From sequence record SRR31156797_11322: DNA of 50,570 nucleotides, one strand, 5' to 3'. The notes under the pieces were generated by a model that saw nothing but the letters and a program-made list of their open reading frames with translations, was not told the origin of the DNA and did not search any database. Positions 1 to 9,900 of this stretch are shown here, piece after piece (positions within the stretch are counted from its first letter, which is position 1; each line of letters opens with the position of its first letter). The position numbers and the translations under genes are program-made.

Positions 1-30
1 AATTGAGTAATTGGTTAATTGAGTAATTGG
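1..30. repeat. Short tandem repeat of 8-bp units (AATTGAGT/AATTGGTT, 16-bp period), may continue left of the window
   Basis: Sequence reads AATTGAGT AATTGGTT AATTGAGT AATTGG. Confidence 0.6.
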
Positions 31-99
31 GTTGAATCGTTTTCAATTGCTTTAAAAAGAAAGTTAAATAATTTAAACTAAGCGTCAACCATAATTATG

Positions 100-153
100 A
101 AACGTCAAACGTCAAGTTCAGAACATGAAACCTGAAACATATTAACTTGAAAC
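100..153. repeat. Degenerate heptamer tandem repeat
   Basis: AAACGTC AAACGTC AAGTTCA GAACATG AAACCTG AAAC ... AACTTGAAAC shows 7-bp periodicity. Confidence 0.5.
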
Positions 154-217
154 CAAATCAGAACACTTTTTTTGGCTACTTGTTTCTTTTTTAGTAAATT
201 TCCAAAAAGCATTTATA

Positions 218-1615
218 ATGAGTAGTGAAGAAAAAGACCTGGTCAAGCGCATTGCGCGTTTAATGAAGGAGAACAAAGAACTCTCACTACTTAACTCTAA
301 GTTGCAAAAGAAAAACGAAGAACTCACCGATAAAAACGAATCTCTCAAAGAACGTCTCAAAGAATTAAAAGCTTCTGATGAACCTGAAGGTACAACACGC
401 GACAAAACCTTACGTTTCAAAATGGCTACTGTACTTTTTGCTGACATTGAAGGTTTTGGGAAACTTTACGAAGAGACTAACTCACATGATATAATCGACG
501 AACTTGACAATATATTTTTTGAATTTGATCAAATTGCTTCCAAATTCAATATCCAAAAAATTAAAACCATTGGCGATACCTATATGAGTGCAGGCGGTGT
601 ACCTGTGAAAAATATCACAAACCCTATTGATGTTGTGATGGCTGCTCTTGAAATGCGCCATAAACTGAATGAAATACAAGAAAACAGAATTGAGAACAAC
701 AAAAAAATATGGGAAATCAAAATGGGTATGCATACCGGACCGGTTACTGCTACAACCATGGGTAAGAAAAAAGTTTCATATAACCTTAAAGGCGATACCG
801 TAAATATTGCCACACGAATGAAAGCCAGCTGTGAGAGCAATCAAATCAACATTTCCGTAATGACATATGAAATGGTACGTGAATATTTTATATGTGAATA
901 TTTTGGCAAAATGCCAGTAAAATATAAGGGAGATGTAGATATGTATTTTGTGAGAGGTATTAGACCTGAACTTTCACTAAATGGTGATGGCAAAACACCT
1001 AATGAATCATTTAGAATCAGATATCTACTCAGACAATTCTCTGATTTACAGGAGATTATTTTAGATATGCTAGAAAAAGGACTACCTGAATACTTATATT
1101 ATCACAATGTAAAACATACCATTGATGTTACCTCTCAATGTGAACTAATAGGTATAGGCGAAGGAGTAAATGATGAAGAAATCTTGTTGCTTAAAACTGC
1201 AGGTTTATTTCATGATGCCGGCCATACAATTGGATATGAGGAGCATGAACATCACGGAGCTGAATTAGCACGTAAAATGCTTCCTGATTTTAAATATTCA
1301 CAAGAACAAATAGATAAAATCTGTGAATTAATAATGGTAACCAAATTACCACCTACACCAAAAACTAAACTGGAGCGTATTATGTGCGATGCAGATCTCG
1401 ATTATTTAGGACGTAGTGATTTTATACCTGTATCAAACACACTTTACAAAGAGCTAAAAGCGCAAGATAAAATTGGAGATATCAATTCCTGGAACAAATT
1501 GCAGGTTAAGTTTATCTCCTCACATCAGTATTTTACTGATACAGCAAACAATTTAAGGGAAGTAAACAAGCAAAAACAGATTGACCGTATAAAGCAACTA
1601 ATTGATGATGATTGA
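218..1615 (+). CDS. Class III nucleotidyl (adenylate/guanylate) cyclase fused to a C-terminal HD phosphohydrolase domain, with an N-terminal coiled coil
   Basis: Cyclase motifs VLFADIEGF, KIKTIGDTYM, GMHTGPV, GDTVNIATRM. HD motifs YHNVKHT, FHDAGH, EHE, CDADL. Confidence 0.9.
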   Translation: MSSEEKDLVKRIARLMKENKELSLLNSKLQKKNEELTDKNESLKERLKELKASDEPEGTTRDKTLRFKMATVLFADIEGFGKLYEETNSHDIIDELDNIFFEFDQIASKFNIQKIKTIGDTYMSAGGVPVKNITNPIDVVMAALEMRHKLNEIQENRIENNKKIWEIKMGMHTGPVTATTMGKKKVSYNLKGDTVNIATRMKASCESNQINISVMTYEMVREYFICEYFGKMPVKYKGDVDMYFVRGIRPELSLNGDGKTPNESFRIRYLLRQFSDLQEIILDMLEKGLPEYLYYHNVKHTIDVTSQCELIGIGEGVNDEEILLLKTAGLFHDAGHTIGYEEHEHHGAELARKMLPDFKYSQEQIDKICELIMVTKLPPTPKTKLERIMCDADLDYLGRSDFIPVSNTLYKELKAQDKIGDINSWNKLQVKFISSHQYFTDTANNLREVNKQKQIDRIKQLIDDD

Positions 1616-1701
1616 GCGAATAAAGTTTAAAGTAAAATAATATAGGATACACACAATTTTTTTAATTTTACGTGCGTATTAAAACCAAAAATCATTTTGA
1701 C

Positions 1702-1872
1702 ATGAAAAGTTTCATCAAAAATCTCGGAATATTTGTAATTTTAATTGGCGTTATAGTTTTGGCACTAACTAGTATGAGCGAAACAACCAGCAATACGCCT
1801 TTAGCAGTTTCAGGTATTTTAATTGTGCTTGGTCTCATATTACAAGTTGTATTGGGACGTTATGTTGAATAA
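1702..1872 (+). CDS. Small two-TM membrane protein (about 56 aa)
   Basis: MKSFIKNLGIFVILIGVIVLAL...LAVSGILIVLGLILQVVLGRYVE has two hydrophobic helices. ATG 1702 preferred to GTG 1672. A terminator follows. Confidence 0.75.
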   Translation: MKSFIKNLGIFVILIGVIVLALTSMSETTSNTPLAVSGILIVLGLILQVVLGRYVE

Positions 1873-1891
1873 AAAAATTACTAACTGATAT

Positions 1892-1924
1892 GAAGCCCGT
1901 TGTCAAGCGGGCTTCTTTATTTTA
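1892..1924 (+). terminator. Intrinsic terminator
   Basis: GAAGCCCG-ttgtcaag-CGGGCTTC hairpin followed by TTTATTTTT. Confidence 0.75.
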
Positions 1925-1931
1925 TTATGCT

Positions 1932-2978
1932 ATGAAAGTACAAGGAAAGCATTACCGCAGTGTGTGGATGGAAGGCACAACACTTTATTTGATTGAGCAA
2001 AATAAGCTACCATTCGAATTTGCCATTTATGAAGCTAAAACATATAAAGAAACATGCCATGCCATAAAAACAATGGTTACCCGAGGAGCAGGTGCTATTG
2101 GAGGGACTGCCGGGTATGCAATGGCGCAAGCCGCTTTTGAAGCAGATAAGAATAACTACGAATCTGAAATTCAAAAAGCGAAAATCGTTATAGAAGCTAC
2201 CCGACCCACCGCTTATGATTTGTTTTATACAGTTGATAAAGTATTTCAGGCTGCTCTCCAATCACCCGAAGCTGCACTGCTGAAGGCAGAAAAAATGGCT
2301 GACTTAAATGCTGAAGCTGGGAGAAAAATTGGAGAATACGGGGCAGAATTATTGGAAAATAATATGCGTATTCTAACGCATTGTAATGCTGGATGGCTCG
2401 CATTCGTAGATTATGGTTCAGCATTGGCTCCTGTGTATATTGCTCAAGAACAAGGTAAAAACATCTTCGTATATGCCGATGAAACGCGACCCCGAAGTCA
2501 GGGAGCAAGACTTACCGCCTGGGAATTATTGAATCAAGGAATTGAACATGCCATCATCCCGGATAATGCAGCAGCCTATTATATGAACAAGGGGAAAATT
2601 GATATGCTAATCACAGGAGCTGATCGCATTGCAGCCAATGGAGATGTAGCAAATAAAATTGGAACATTAGAAAAAGCAATCGCAGCCAAATACTATGGTA
2701 TTCCTTTTTATGTTACGGCTCCTATTTCAACCATTGACCCGGAAACTAAATCAGGAAATGATATAACCATTGAGCAACGCTCAGATGAGGAAGTCACAAA
2801 AGCAACAGGTCCAGATGACCAGCAAAACTTACATACAATATCTATTACCAATCCTGGCTCACCAGTTTTAAATCCGGCTTTTGATGTTACACCAGCTAAT
2901 TTAGTTACCGGAATTATTACGGAAAAAGGTATTATTGAACCTTCCACTGAGGCTATTTCTAGGTTATTAAACACATGA
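1932..2978 (+). CDS. mtnA: S-methyl-5-thioribose-1-phosphate isomerase
   Basis: MVTRGAGAIG, ATRPTA, LTHCNAGWLA, DETRPRSQGARLTAWEL, GADRIAANGDVANKIGT, NPAFDVTP. Start placed at ATG 1932 because 1890 lies in the terminator. Confidence 0.93.
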   Translation: MKVQGKHYRSVWMEGTTLYLIEQNKLPFEFAIYEAKTYKETCHAIKTMVTRGAGAIGGTAGYAMAQAAFEADKNNYESEIQKAKIVIEATRPTAYDLFYTVDKVFQAALQSPEAALLKAEKMADLNAEAGRKIGEYGAELLENNMRILTHCNAGWLAFVDYGSALAPVYIAQEQGKNIFVYADETRPRSQGARLTAWELLNQGIEHAIIPDNAAAYYMNKGKIDMLITGADRIAANGDVANKIGTLEKAIAAKYYGIPFYVTAPISTIDPETKSGNDITIEQRSDEEVTKATGPDDQQNLHTISITNPGSPVLNPAFDVTPANLVTGIITEKGIIEPSTEAISRLLNT

Positions 2979-2987
2979 TAAACAATT

Positions 2988-3608
2988 ATGAAAAAAGTAT
3001 ACAAAAAAGAGGTTGCCAAAATAATGAACCGCCTTTACAAAAAAGGATTGACAACAACAAGTGGTGGTAATGTGAGTATGCGCATTAAAAACACTATTTA
3101 CATTACACCCTCCCAAACGGACAAGGGTAATATGAAACCAAACGAAATTGGTATTATTACCATTGAAGGCGAAAACCTTACTCCAGATAAAAAATTAAGT
3201 ATGGAAACTGGCATGCATCTAGCCATATATCAAAAAAGAAAAGATGTAAAAGCCATTGTACATGCTCATCCTTTTACTGCCACTACACTAGCTGCCGAAC
3301 CAGGTTTAATCGACACCACTATAAACGGCGAAGCAAGAGCTATGCTTGGAAATCCAGCTTTTGCCCCATATCAAACTATGGGAACACCAGATTTAGCCAG
3401 TGTGGCTGCAAAAGCAATTGAAAAAAGCAATGTCATCATCTTACAACATCATGGAATTCTTGCTGTAGGAGATAATTTACTACAAGCTTTCGACAGGTTA
3501 GAACTCATGGAAATGACTGCCAGAGGGAACATTTTAAGAAAACTAATGGGTATAGAATCAAAGATTACTGCTGAAAATATTCAGATAATTGACAAAATGT
3601 TTGAATAA
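2988..3608 (+). CDS. Class II aldolase/adducin family protein (probable methylthio-/5-deoxy-ribulose-1-phosphate aldolase)
   Basis: GGNVS, ITPS, SMETGMHLAIY, VHAHP and HHG metal-binding motifs. Starts 9 bp after mtnA. Confidence 0.85.
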   Translation: MKKVYKKEVAKIMNRLYKKGLTTTSGGNVSMRIKNTIYITPSQTDKGNMKPNEIGIITIEGENLTPDKKLSMETGMHLAIYQKRKDVKAIVHAHPFTATTLAAEPGLIDTTINGEARAMLGNPAFAPYQTMGTPDLASVAAKAIEKSNVIILQHHGILAVGDNLLQAFDRLELMEMTARGNILRKLMGIESKITAENIQIIDKMFE

Positions 3609-3720
3609 TTAATTCATGAAAGTGTGATTATTTGGGCAAAATATGCCATTTTTGTGTTGTTCGGCATAAGTTTTGAACAACCGACTTTAAATAAACTGAC
3701 TAAACTAAAAAAGTATAAAA

Positions 3721-5133
3721 TTGGCCAGAAAAAACAGAAAAAAACCTCTACTAGAACAAGTAGAAATAACCGATATTGGATCAGAAGGGAAAGCTCTGGC
3801 ACGAGTTGAGAATAAGGTAGTATTTGCTCCTTACACTGCTCCAGGAGATATTGTAGACATCCAGGTCACCAAAAAAAGAAAGAACTTTCTTGAGGGATAT
3901 GTAACACAGTATCATAAAAAATCTGATCTCAGAACAGAACCCTTTTGTGTACATTTTGGGACTTGTGGAGGGTGCAAATGGCAACATATTCCTTATGAAG
4001 AACAGATTAAAGCTAAACACCAACAAGTTGAAGATAATTTAACCCGCATTGGGAAGATTCCATTACCAGAAATCAAACCTATTTTAGGATCAAATAAAAC
4101 CCAATACTATCGCAATAAATTAGAGTTCACTTTTTCCAATAAAAGATGGCTTCCAAAAGAAGAAATGGACCAGGAACAAACTCAAAATAGCATGAACGGA
4201 CTTGGGTTTCATGTTCCTAAAATGTTTGATAAAGTTTTAGATATCAATGAGTGTTATTTGCAGGATGACACTTCAAATAAAATAAGAAATGAAGTTAGGA
4301 ATTTCGCAAAGGATAATAACTATACATTCTTTGATATTATTAACCATCATGGATTGTTAAGAAATCTAATTCTCAGAAATACGCAAAAAGGCGCATGGAT
4401 GGTTATTGTGGTGTTTTACGAAGACGATAGTGAAAAGCGCACGGCTTTGTTAGATCACCTTAAAAATACATTCACCGAAATTACATCATTGAATTATGTA
4501 ATCAATCAGAAACCAAATGATTCTATTGCAGATCAAGAAGTAATTAATTACAGCGGAGAAGATCATTTAGTTGAAGAGATGGAAGATTTAAAGTTTAAAA
4601 TTGGACCTAAATCTTTTTACCAAACCAATAGTGAACAAGCTTACGAATTGTATAAAGTAGCCAGAGAATTTGCGGGACTGGAAGGAAACGAAATCGTATA
4701 TGATTTATACACAGGTACTGGTACAATAGCCAATTTTGTTGCCAAAAAAGCGCAGAAAGTAATTGGTATCGAATATATTGAAGAAGCCGTTAATGATGCA
4801 AAAGAAAATGCCAAAATCAATAATATAGGCAATACATCATTTTTTGCGGGTGATATGAAAGATCTTTTAAAACCAGATTTTTTTAACGAACATGGTGAAC
4901 CAGATGTAATTATTACTGACCCTCCTCGTGCTGGAATGCACGGTGATGTTATTGAATCAATTATTACTTCTGGTGCAAATAAGATTGTATATATAAGCTG
5001 TAACCCAGCTACACAAGCGCGAGATTTAGAATTATTAAACCCACATTACAAAGTCACAGCAATTCAACCGGTCGATATGTTTCCGCATACTCACCATATA
5101 GAAAATGTGGCATTGCTTGAAAAAAATACATAA
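3721..5133 (+). CDS. rlmD: 23S rRNA (uracil1939-C5)-methyltransferase RlmD
   Basis: N-terminal TRAM region, CVHFGTCGGCKWQH Fe-S motif, YRNKLEF, SFYQTN, DLYTGTGTI, DPPRAG, YISCNPATQARD, DMFPHTHHIE. TTG start. Confidence 0.93.
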   Translation: MARKNRKKPLLEQVEITDIGSEGKALARVENKVVFAPYTAPGDIVDIQVTKKRKNFLEGYVTQYHKKSDLRTEPFCVHFGTCGGCKWQHIPYEEQIKAKHQQVEDNLTRIGKIPLPEIKPILGSNKTQYYRNKLEFTFSNKRWLPKEEMDQEQTQNSMNGLGFHVPKMFDKVLDINECYLQDDTSNKIRNEVRNFAKDNNYTFFDIINHHGLLRNLILRNTQKGAWMVIVVFYEDDSEKRTALLDHLKNTFTEITSLNYVINQKPNDSIADQEVINYSGEDHLVEEMEDLKFKIGPKSFYQTNSEQAYELYKVAREFAGLEGNEIVYDLYTGTGTIANFVAKKAQKVIGIEYIEEAVNDAKENAKINNIGNTSFFAGDMKDLLKPDFFNEHGEPDVIITDPPRAGMHGDVIESIITSGANKIVYISCNPATQARDLELLNPHYKVTAIQPVDMFPHTHHIENVALLEKNT

Positions 5134-5158
5134 ATTTAAGACCCCAAAAGCTTTTATT

Positions 5159-5857
5159 ATGGAAAATCAAAATAACTGTATTGAAGTTTTAGTAGCGAAT
5201 AACCCTGTATTTAATACCCTCACTGAGGATGAAATAAAGCTTTTGAATGAAAATTATACTTGTTCATCATTCAAAAAAAATGAAATTATATTCAAAGAAG
5301 CAGAAAGACCAACTGGATTATTGTGCTTACAGAAAGGCAAGGTCAAAATTTATAAAGAAGGTGTTGGAGGAAGAGAACAAATAGTTCGCATGGCAAAGTC
5401 AGTCAGTTTTATTGGTTATAGAGCTTTATTTGCCAACGAAAATCATATAGCTTCAGCTGAAGCCATTGAAAATAGCACTGTGTGTACAATTCATAGAGGA
5501 GCATTAGAACAAATCTTACGTCAAAACCCTGATTTTGCAATGGAAATAATACGCTCCCTTGCGAACGAGCTAGGTTTTGCCAATAAAAGAACTGTTACGC
5601 TAACTCAAAAACATATTCGAGGCAGACTGGCAGAATCGTTATTATTTTTAAAAGATACTTATGGACTAGAAGAAGATGGGCACACCATTAATATTTATCT
5701 TTCTAGAGAAGATATTGCACATTTATCAAACATGACTACTTCCAATGCGATTCGAACGTTATCTGCATTTGCCAAAGAAGATGTAATTAGTATTAATGGA
5801 CGAAGAATTTCTATCAAAGACCTTAAAAAACTTGAAAGAATAAGTGATTTAGGATAA
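5159..5857 (+). CDS. Crp/Fnr family transcriptional regulator
   Basis: cNMP-binding-fold region (FKKNEIIFKE, GKVKIYK, GREQIVR), RGRLAESLL, HTH SREDIAHLSNMTTSNAIRTLS. ATG 5159 avoids overlap with rlmD. Confidence 0.9.
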   Translation: MENQNNCIEVLVANNPVFNTLTEDEIKLLNENYTCSSFKKNEIIFKEAERPTGLLCLQKGKVKIYKEGVGGREQIVRMAKSVSFIGYRALFANENHIASAEAIENSTVCTIHRGALEQILRQNPDFAMEIIRSLANELGFANKRTVTLTQKHIRGRLAESLLFLKDTYGLEEDGHTINIYLSREDIAHLSNMTTSNAIRTLSAFAKEDVISINGRRISIKDLKKLERISDLG

Positions 5858-5877
5858 TAACTACAATATAATTTATG

Positions 5878-5913
5878 AAGGCCTGAAGAATAATCTTTAG
5901 GCCTTTATATTTT
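5878..5913 (+). terminator. Intrinsic terminator after the Crp/Fnr gene
   Basis: AAGGCCTGAAGA-ataa-TCTTTAGGCCTT hairpin followed by a T-rich tract. Confidence 0.7.
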
Positions 5914-6053
5914 ATTTAGAATAGTGTTCAATTTAATGAATCAAATGTACATTTTCGTACGATAAAACACGTTCACAAAACGTTAACAACTCTCACAAAG
6001 AATTAAATACCAACATCATAGCCTAACTGGCACATATTTAGTTTAAAAATGTA

Positions 6054-6079
6054 TGTAACGAATGACAAAATTTATCGTC
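6054..6079 (+). promoter_or_regulatory. Putative ECF sigma factor promoter
   Basis: TGTAAC-N16-CGTC matches the general ECF -35 AAC / -10 CGT pattern, about 50 bp upstream of ATG 6128. Confidence 0.5.
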
Positions 6080-6127
6080 ATCATTACAGAACCCGAAACC
6101 CGAATATTAACATTAAATCTTAAAACC

Positions 6128-6475
6128 ATGAAAAACTTAATTAAAGTAGTTTTATTGCTTTTTGTGTTATCCACATTAGGCGCTTCAACCCTTTCAGCAA
6201 AAATGCCTCCTGTAATAAACTCTCAAGTTGATTTACAGAAAGCGATTAAAACAGTTGTTGATTATCCGAATGTTGAAGACAAAGATGCAGAATCAACTTC
6301 TGTTGATGTGCTATTTAAAATTGATTTTGACGGAAAAATCAAAGTAGTAAAAACTAAAGGATGTGATAAATACTGTAAAGAAGTATGTAGATCATTAGAA
6401 AAACTAAGTATCAATGAAGCTTCAATGTATGGAAGATACTTCAGTCAAAAAATCACGTTTAAGTTGATAAAATAG
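6128..6475 (+). CDS. Small exported protein, TonB C-terminal-like
   Basis: Signal peptide MKNLIKVVLLLFVLSTLGASTLSA. VDYP...VDVLFKIDFDGKIKVV...ITFKL resembles a TonB_C fold. Confidence 0.65.
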   Translation: MKNLIKVVLLLFVLSTLGASTLSAKMPPVINSQVDLQKAIKTVVDYPNVEDKDAESTSVDVLFKIDFDGKIKVVKTKGCDKYCKEVCRSLEKLSINEASMYGRYFSQKITFKLIK

Positions 6476-6487
6476 AGAATTCCTTCC

Positions 6488-6901
6488 CTATTTTTTATCG
6501 CTGTTCCCCAAGGCCGGCAATCTGCCGGCTTTTTTTATGTGTTGAACTATTTGTTTATCTGCATCTGAAAAATCCAAATTATCCAAATCATCAAAATTAC
6601 ACCATTTCATATCTGTATGTTCGGTCAATAAAATTTGTCCATTATTTACATGACAAACAAATGGATATAATTCAATCTTAAAATCAGGATAAGAATAAAT
6701 TACTGGATCCAATTGATAATGTATACAAACTTCAATTTCTAATTCTTCTAAAAGTTCTCTCTTCAAGCTATTTGCTAAAGTTTCTCCATTCTTAACTTTA
6801 CCACCAGGGAATTCCCACTTGCCAGGATTTGACTTTTTCATACCACGCTTTACAGCCAAAACAGTGTCTTTCTCAATTATTAATGCGCAACTAACTTTCA
6901 T
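6488..6901 (-). CDS. MutT/NudG-type Nudix (d)NTP pyrophosphohydrolase
   Basis: WEFPGGKVKNGETLANSLKRELLEELEI Nudix box and C-terminal FSDAD. Confidence 0.9.
   Translation of the reverse strand: MKVSCALIIEKDTVLAVKRGMKKSNPGKWEFPGGKVKNGETLANSLKRELLEELEIEVCIHYQLDPVIYSYPDFKIELYPFVCHVNNGQILLTEHTDMKWCNFDDLDNLDFSDADKQIVQHIKKAGRLPALGNSDKK
6510..6537 (+). terminator. Intrinsic terminator for the 6128 gene, lying within the 3' end of the opposite-strand Nudix gene
   Basis: AAGGCCGGCA-atc-TGCCGGCTT followed by a run of T. Confidence 0.7.
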
Positions 6902-6985
6902 ACAGTGCAACTATAAATATTATAACACGTTAAACAATTTTATAGCTAAAATATAATTCGTATTTTAGATATACTAAAAAGTATA

Positions 6986-9900
6986 ATGTTTTCAACTAAA
7001 ATAAAAATACTATTTGCTTTTCTTTTCATTGCCTTCAGTGTAAATGGGCAAATTTACAATTTCCAGCATTTATCCGTAGAAAATGGATTTCCGCAAGCCA
7101 ATGCAGATGATATCATACAAGATCATCAGGGGTTTATATGGATCGCAACTCAAGTAGGAGCTGTAAGATTTGATGGGCAAAATTATGAAATCTATAATGA
7201 AAAAAATGGAGTTGCATCTCATTTAGTATCAAGAATCTATTGCTCAAGCAAAAATGAAATCTGGATTGGTACACGGGAAGGTTTAAGTGTTAAAAAACGC
7301 GATACAGTTATTTCTTACTACCAAAAGGACGGCTTACCCGGAAATCGTATAGAACACATTTGGGAGGATAATTACAATACACTATGGATAATGACAGATG
7401 GTGGATTAGTTTATTTTACTAATAATGAATTCATTGAAGTTTCGCTACCAATCGGTGATCAAATCATTAAAAATCATTTTTCTCACAATAATGATCTTTA
7501 TCTGTCAACAAATAAAGGTGTTTTAATTCAAACAGGAAAATATCAATTTGAAAAAACAATGCCAGAATTTAGTGAATATATCATTGAAGCAATAGTTTTT
7601 CAAAAAGACACTATTTGGGTTGCAACCTTTCAAAATGGTCTTTTCAAGTCCGCAAATAGAAAGACGAGACAGTTTAATAATCAAAGCATATTAAAATCTA
7701 ACACCATCACATCTCTTCTACTTGATTCAAATAATAAATTATGGGTTGGAACAGAAGGTAATGGATTCTTTTTAAGAGAAAAAAACACATTTACTCCATT
7801 CTCTGACAAAAATGGAATGCATAATACATCAGTTCTCAAATTATCTGAAGATGTGGAAGGAAATATCTGGGCCGGAGGAAGAAACGGCGTTATAATCTAC
7901 AATCCATATAATCCATTTAGACACTACCGGGAAGCAAACCAGAGATCAGAGGAAACTCTTTTTGGTATGTTACAAGATAAAAATGGAATATATTGGTTTA
8001 CTACTTATGGTGCAGGGCTTTCCAAATTTGACGGTAATTCTTGGACATATTATACAAAAGATGATGGTCTAATAGATAATCGATTATTTAAAATCATTGA
8101 AGATAAGCAACATAATAAATGGATTGCAACTAGTGGTCATGGAGTAATTAAATACAATGGCAAATATTTTACAACCTTTGATGCTAACAATAAATTTATT
8201 TCCGACCGTATATTTACTATAATCTTTGATAAAAAAGAAAGACTCTGGGGAGGTAGCTCAAATCATGGTCCTTTTATGTTCGATGGATATACTTTCACTA
8301 CCTATGCCAATAGTGATTCCGTACCCAAAACAATAATGAGTTGCATCGAGGACACACTAGGTCAAATTTGGTTTGGATCAGTTGGTAACGGTTTAGTTGT
8401 ATATAATGGACACAAATTTTTAAAACCAATAATAACAGGTGAAATACAACCAACTTATATAAGAAGCTTAGCATTGGATAGCACAGGTAATATATGGCTT
8501 GGAAGTGCATCAGAAGGAGTATGTAGATTAATAAAAACAGGTGATAATCAATATTCCTTAATCTCAATCAATAGAGATAGAGGATTAAACAGTAACAATG
8601 TTTATTTTGTAATGGCTGATGATAAAAATCAAATCTGGGCCGGAACAGAAAAGGGAATTAATAAAATTATTTTAAACAAGAAGCAGGAAATAGTTGAAAT
8701 ACAATCTTATGGGCGAACAGAAGGATTTATTGGAGCTGAAACAGGAATTAACGGCGCCATGATTGACAATAAAGGCAAGCTTTGGTTCTCATCACTCATC
8801 GGAGCTACTTGTTATGAACCCGGTATAGAAAAACAAAACAAAATTGAACCCAAAACACACATAACAGATTTAAAGCTTTTTTACCAAAAAACCAATTGGA
8901 AAAACTATGTTGATTCATTAAATGAGAATGATTTACCGATAAATCTATCCTTAACACATAAGAATAATCATTTAACTTTTTCATTTATTGGTTTAAGCTT
9001 CACCAATTCGAAAAAAGTAAAATATACTTATAAACTCAAAGGTCTTGATAAAGCATGGTCACCAATATCAAACAAAACAGAAGCTGTTTATGCTAACATA
9101 CCTCCAGGAAGATATACGTTCATGGTAAAAAGTTCAAATAATAATGGCATTTGGAACAAAAAGCCAACAACTTTTTCATTTGAAATAGAAGCTCCATTTT
9201 GGCAAAAAACCTGGTTTTACTTACTCTCAGTAATTATATTAGCTACTGTAATTTTTTTCTATGTCCAAATGCGTATTAGCAGTCTTAAAAAAGCAAAAAT
9301 TACACTCGCACAAAAAGTTAAGGAAAGAACTAGCGAAATAGAAGCTCAAAAACAAGAAATTCAGGAAAAAAATGAAGAACTAAATCAACGCACAGAAGAA
9401 ATTGCAGCACAAAGAGATGAACTCAATGAACAAAACATTAAAATTGAAAAGCTATTTGATGAGCAAACCCAAAGTATAAAATACGCTAAACATATCCAGG
9501 AAGCAGTGCTATCTTCAAAAGAACCATTAAATAAGCATTTTAATGATTATTTCATACTCTTTAAACCACATAGCATTGTAAGCGGTGATTTCTACTATGT
9601 TGCAGAAGTCCGAGAATGGGTTATAATTGCAGCTGTTGATAGCACCGGGCATGGTGTACCGGGTGGATTTATGAGTATGTTGGGAATGTCATTCCTGAAT
9701 GAAATTGTATACCCAATGGAAGAAATACAATCAGATGTCATTCTAAACAAATTACGTAAATATATAATCAGGTCGCTAAAACAAGCAGGAAATCCGGGCG
9801 AACAAAAAGAAGGCATGGAAATGTCAATAACAGCCATTAATACGAAGACCTGCGAATGTCAATTCACAGGGGCACAAAATCCAATTTTTTTGATACGATC

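Noticed and set aside
218-1872. Pycsar anti-phage system (cyclase plus TM effector)
   Set aside because: The cyclase motifs look like signalling class III enzymes, the 56-aa downstream protein has no room for a nucleotide-binding domain, and the context is housekeeping rather than a defence island.
3614-3809. ORFs 3614..3802 (-) and 3624..3809 (+)
   Set aside because: They overlap the rlmD start and upstream region and show no family features.
218-5857. Cyclase and Crp as a dedicated cAMP circuit
   Set aside because: They are separated by a terminator and unrelated genes, and the Crp protein lacks the canonical cAMP-binding Glu/Arg.
5940-6000. CRP/FNR box downstream of the Crp gene
   Set aside because: Only TCACA half-sites are present, with no properly spaced TGTGA or TTGAT partner.
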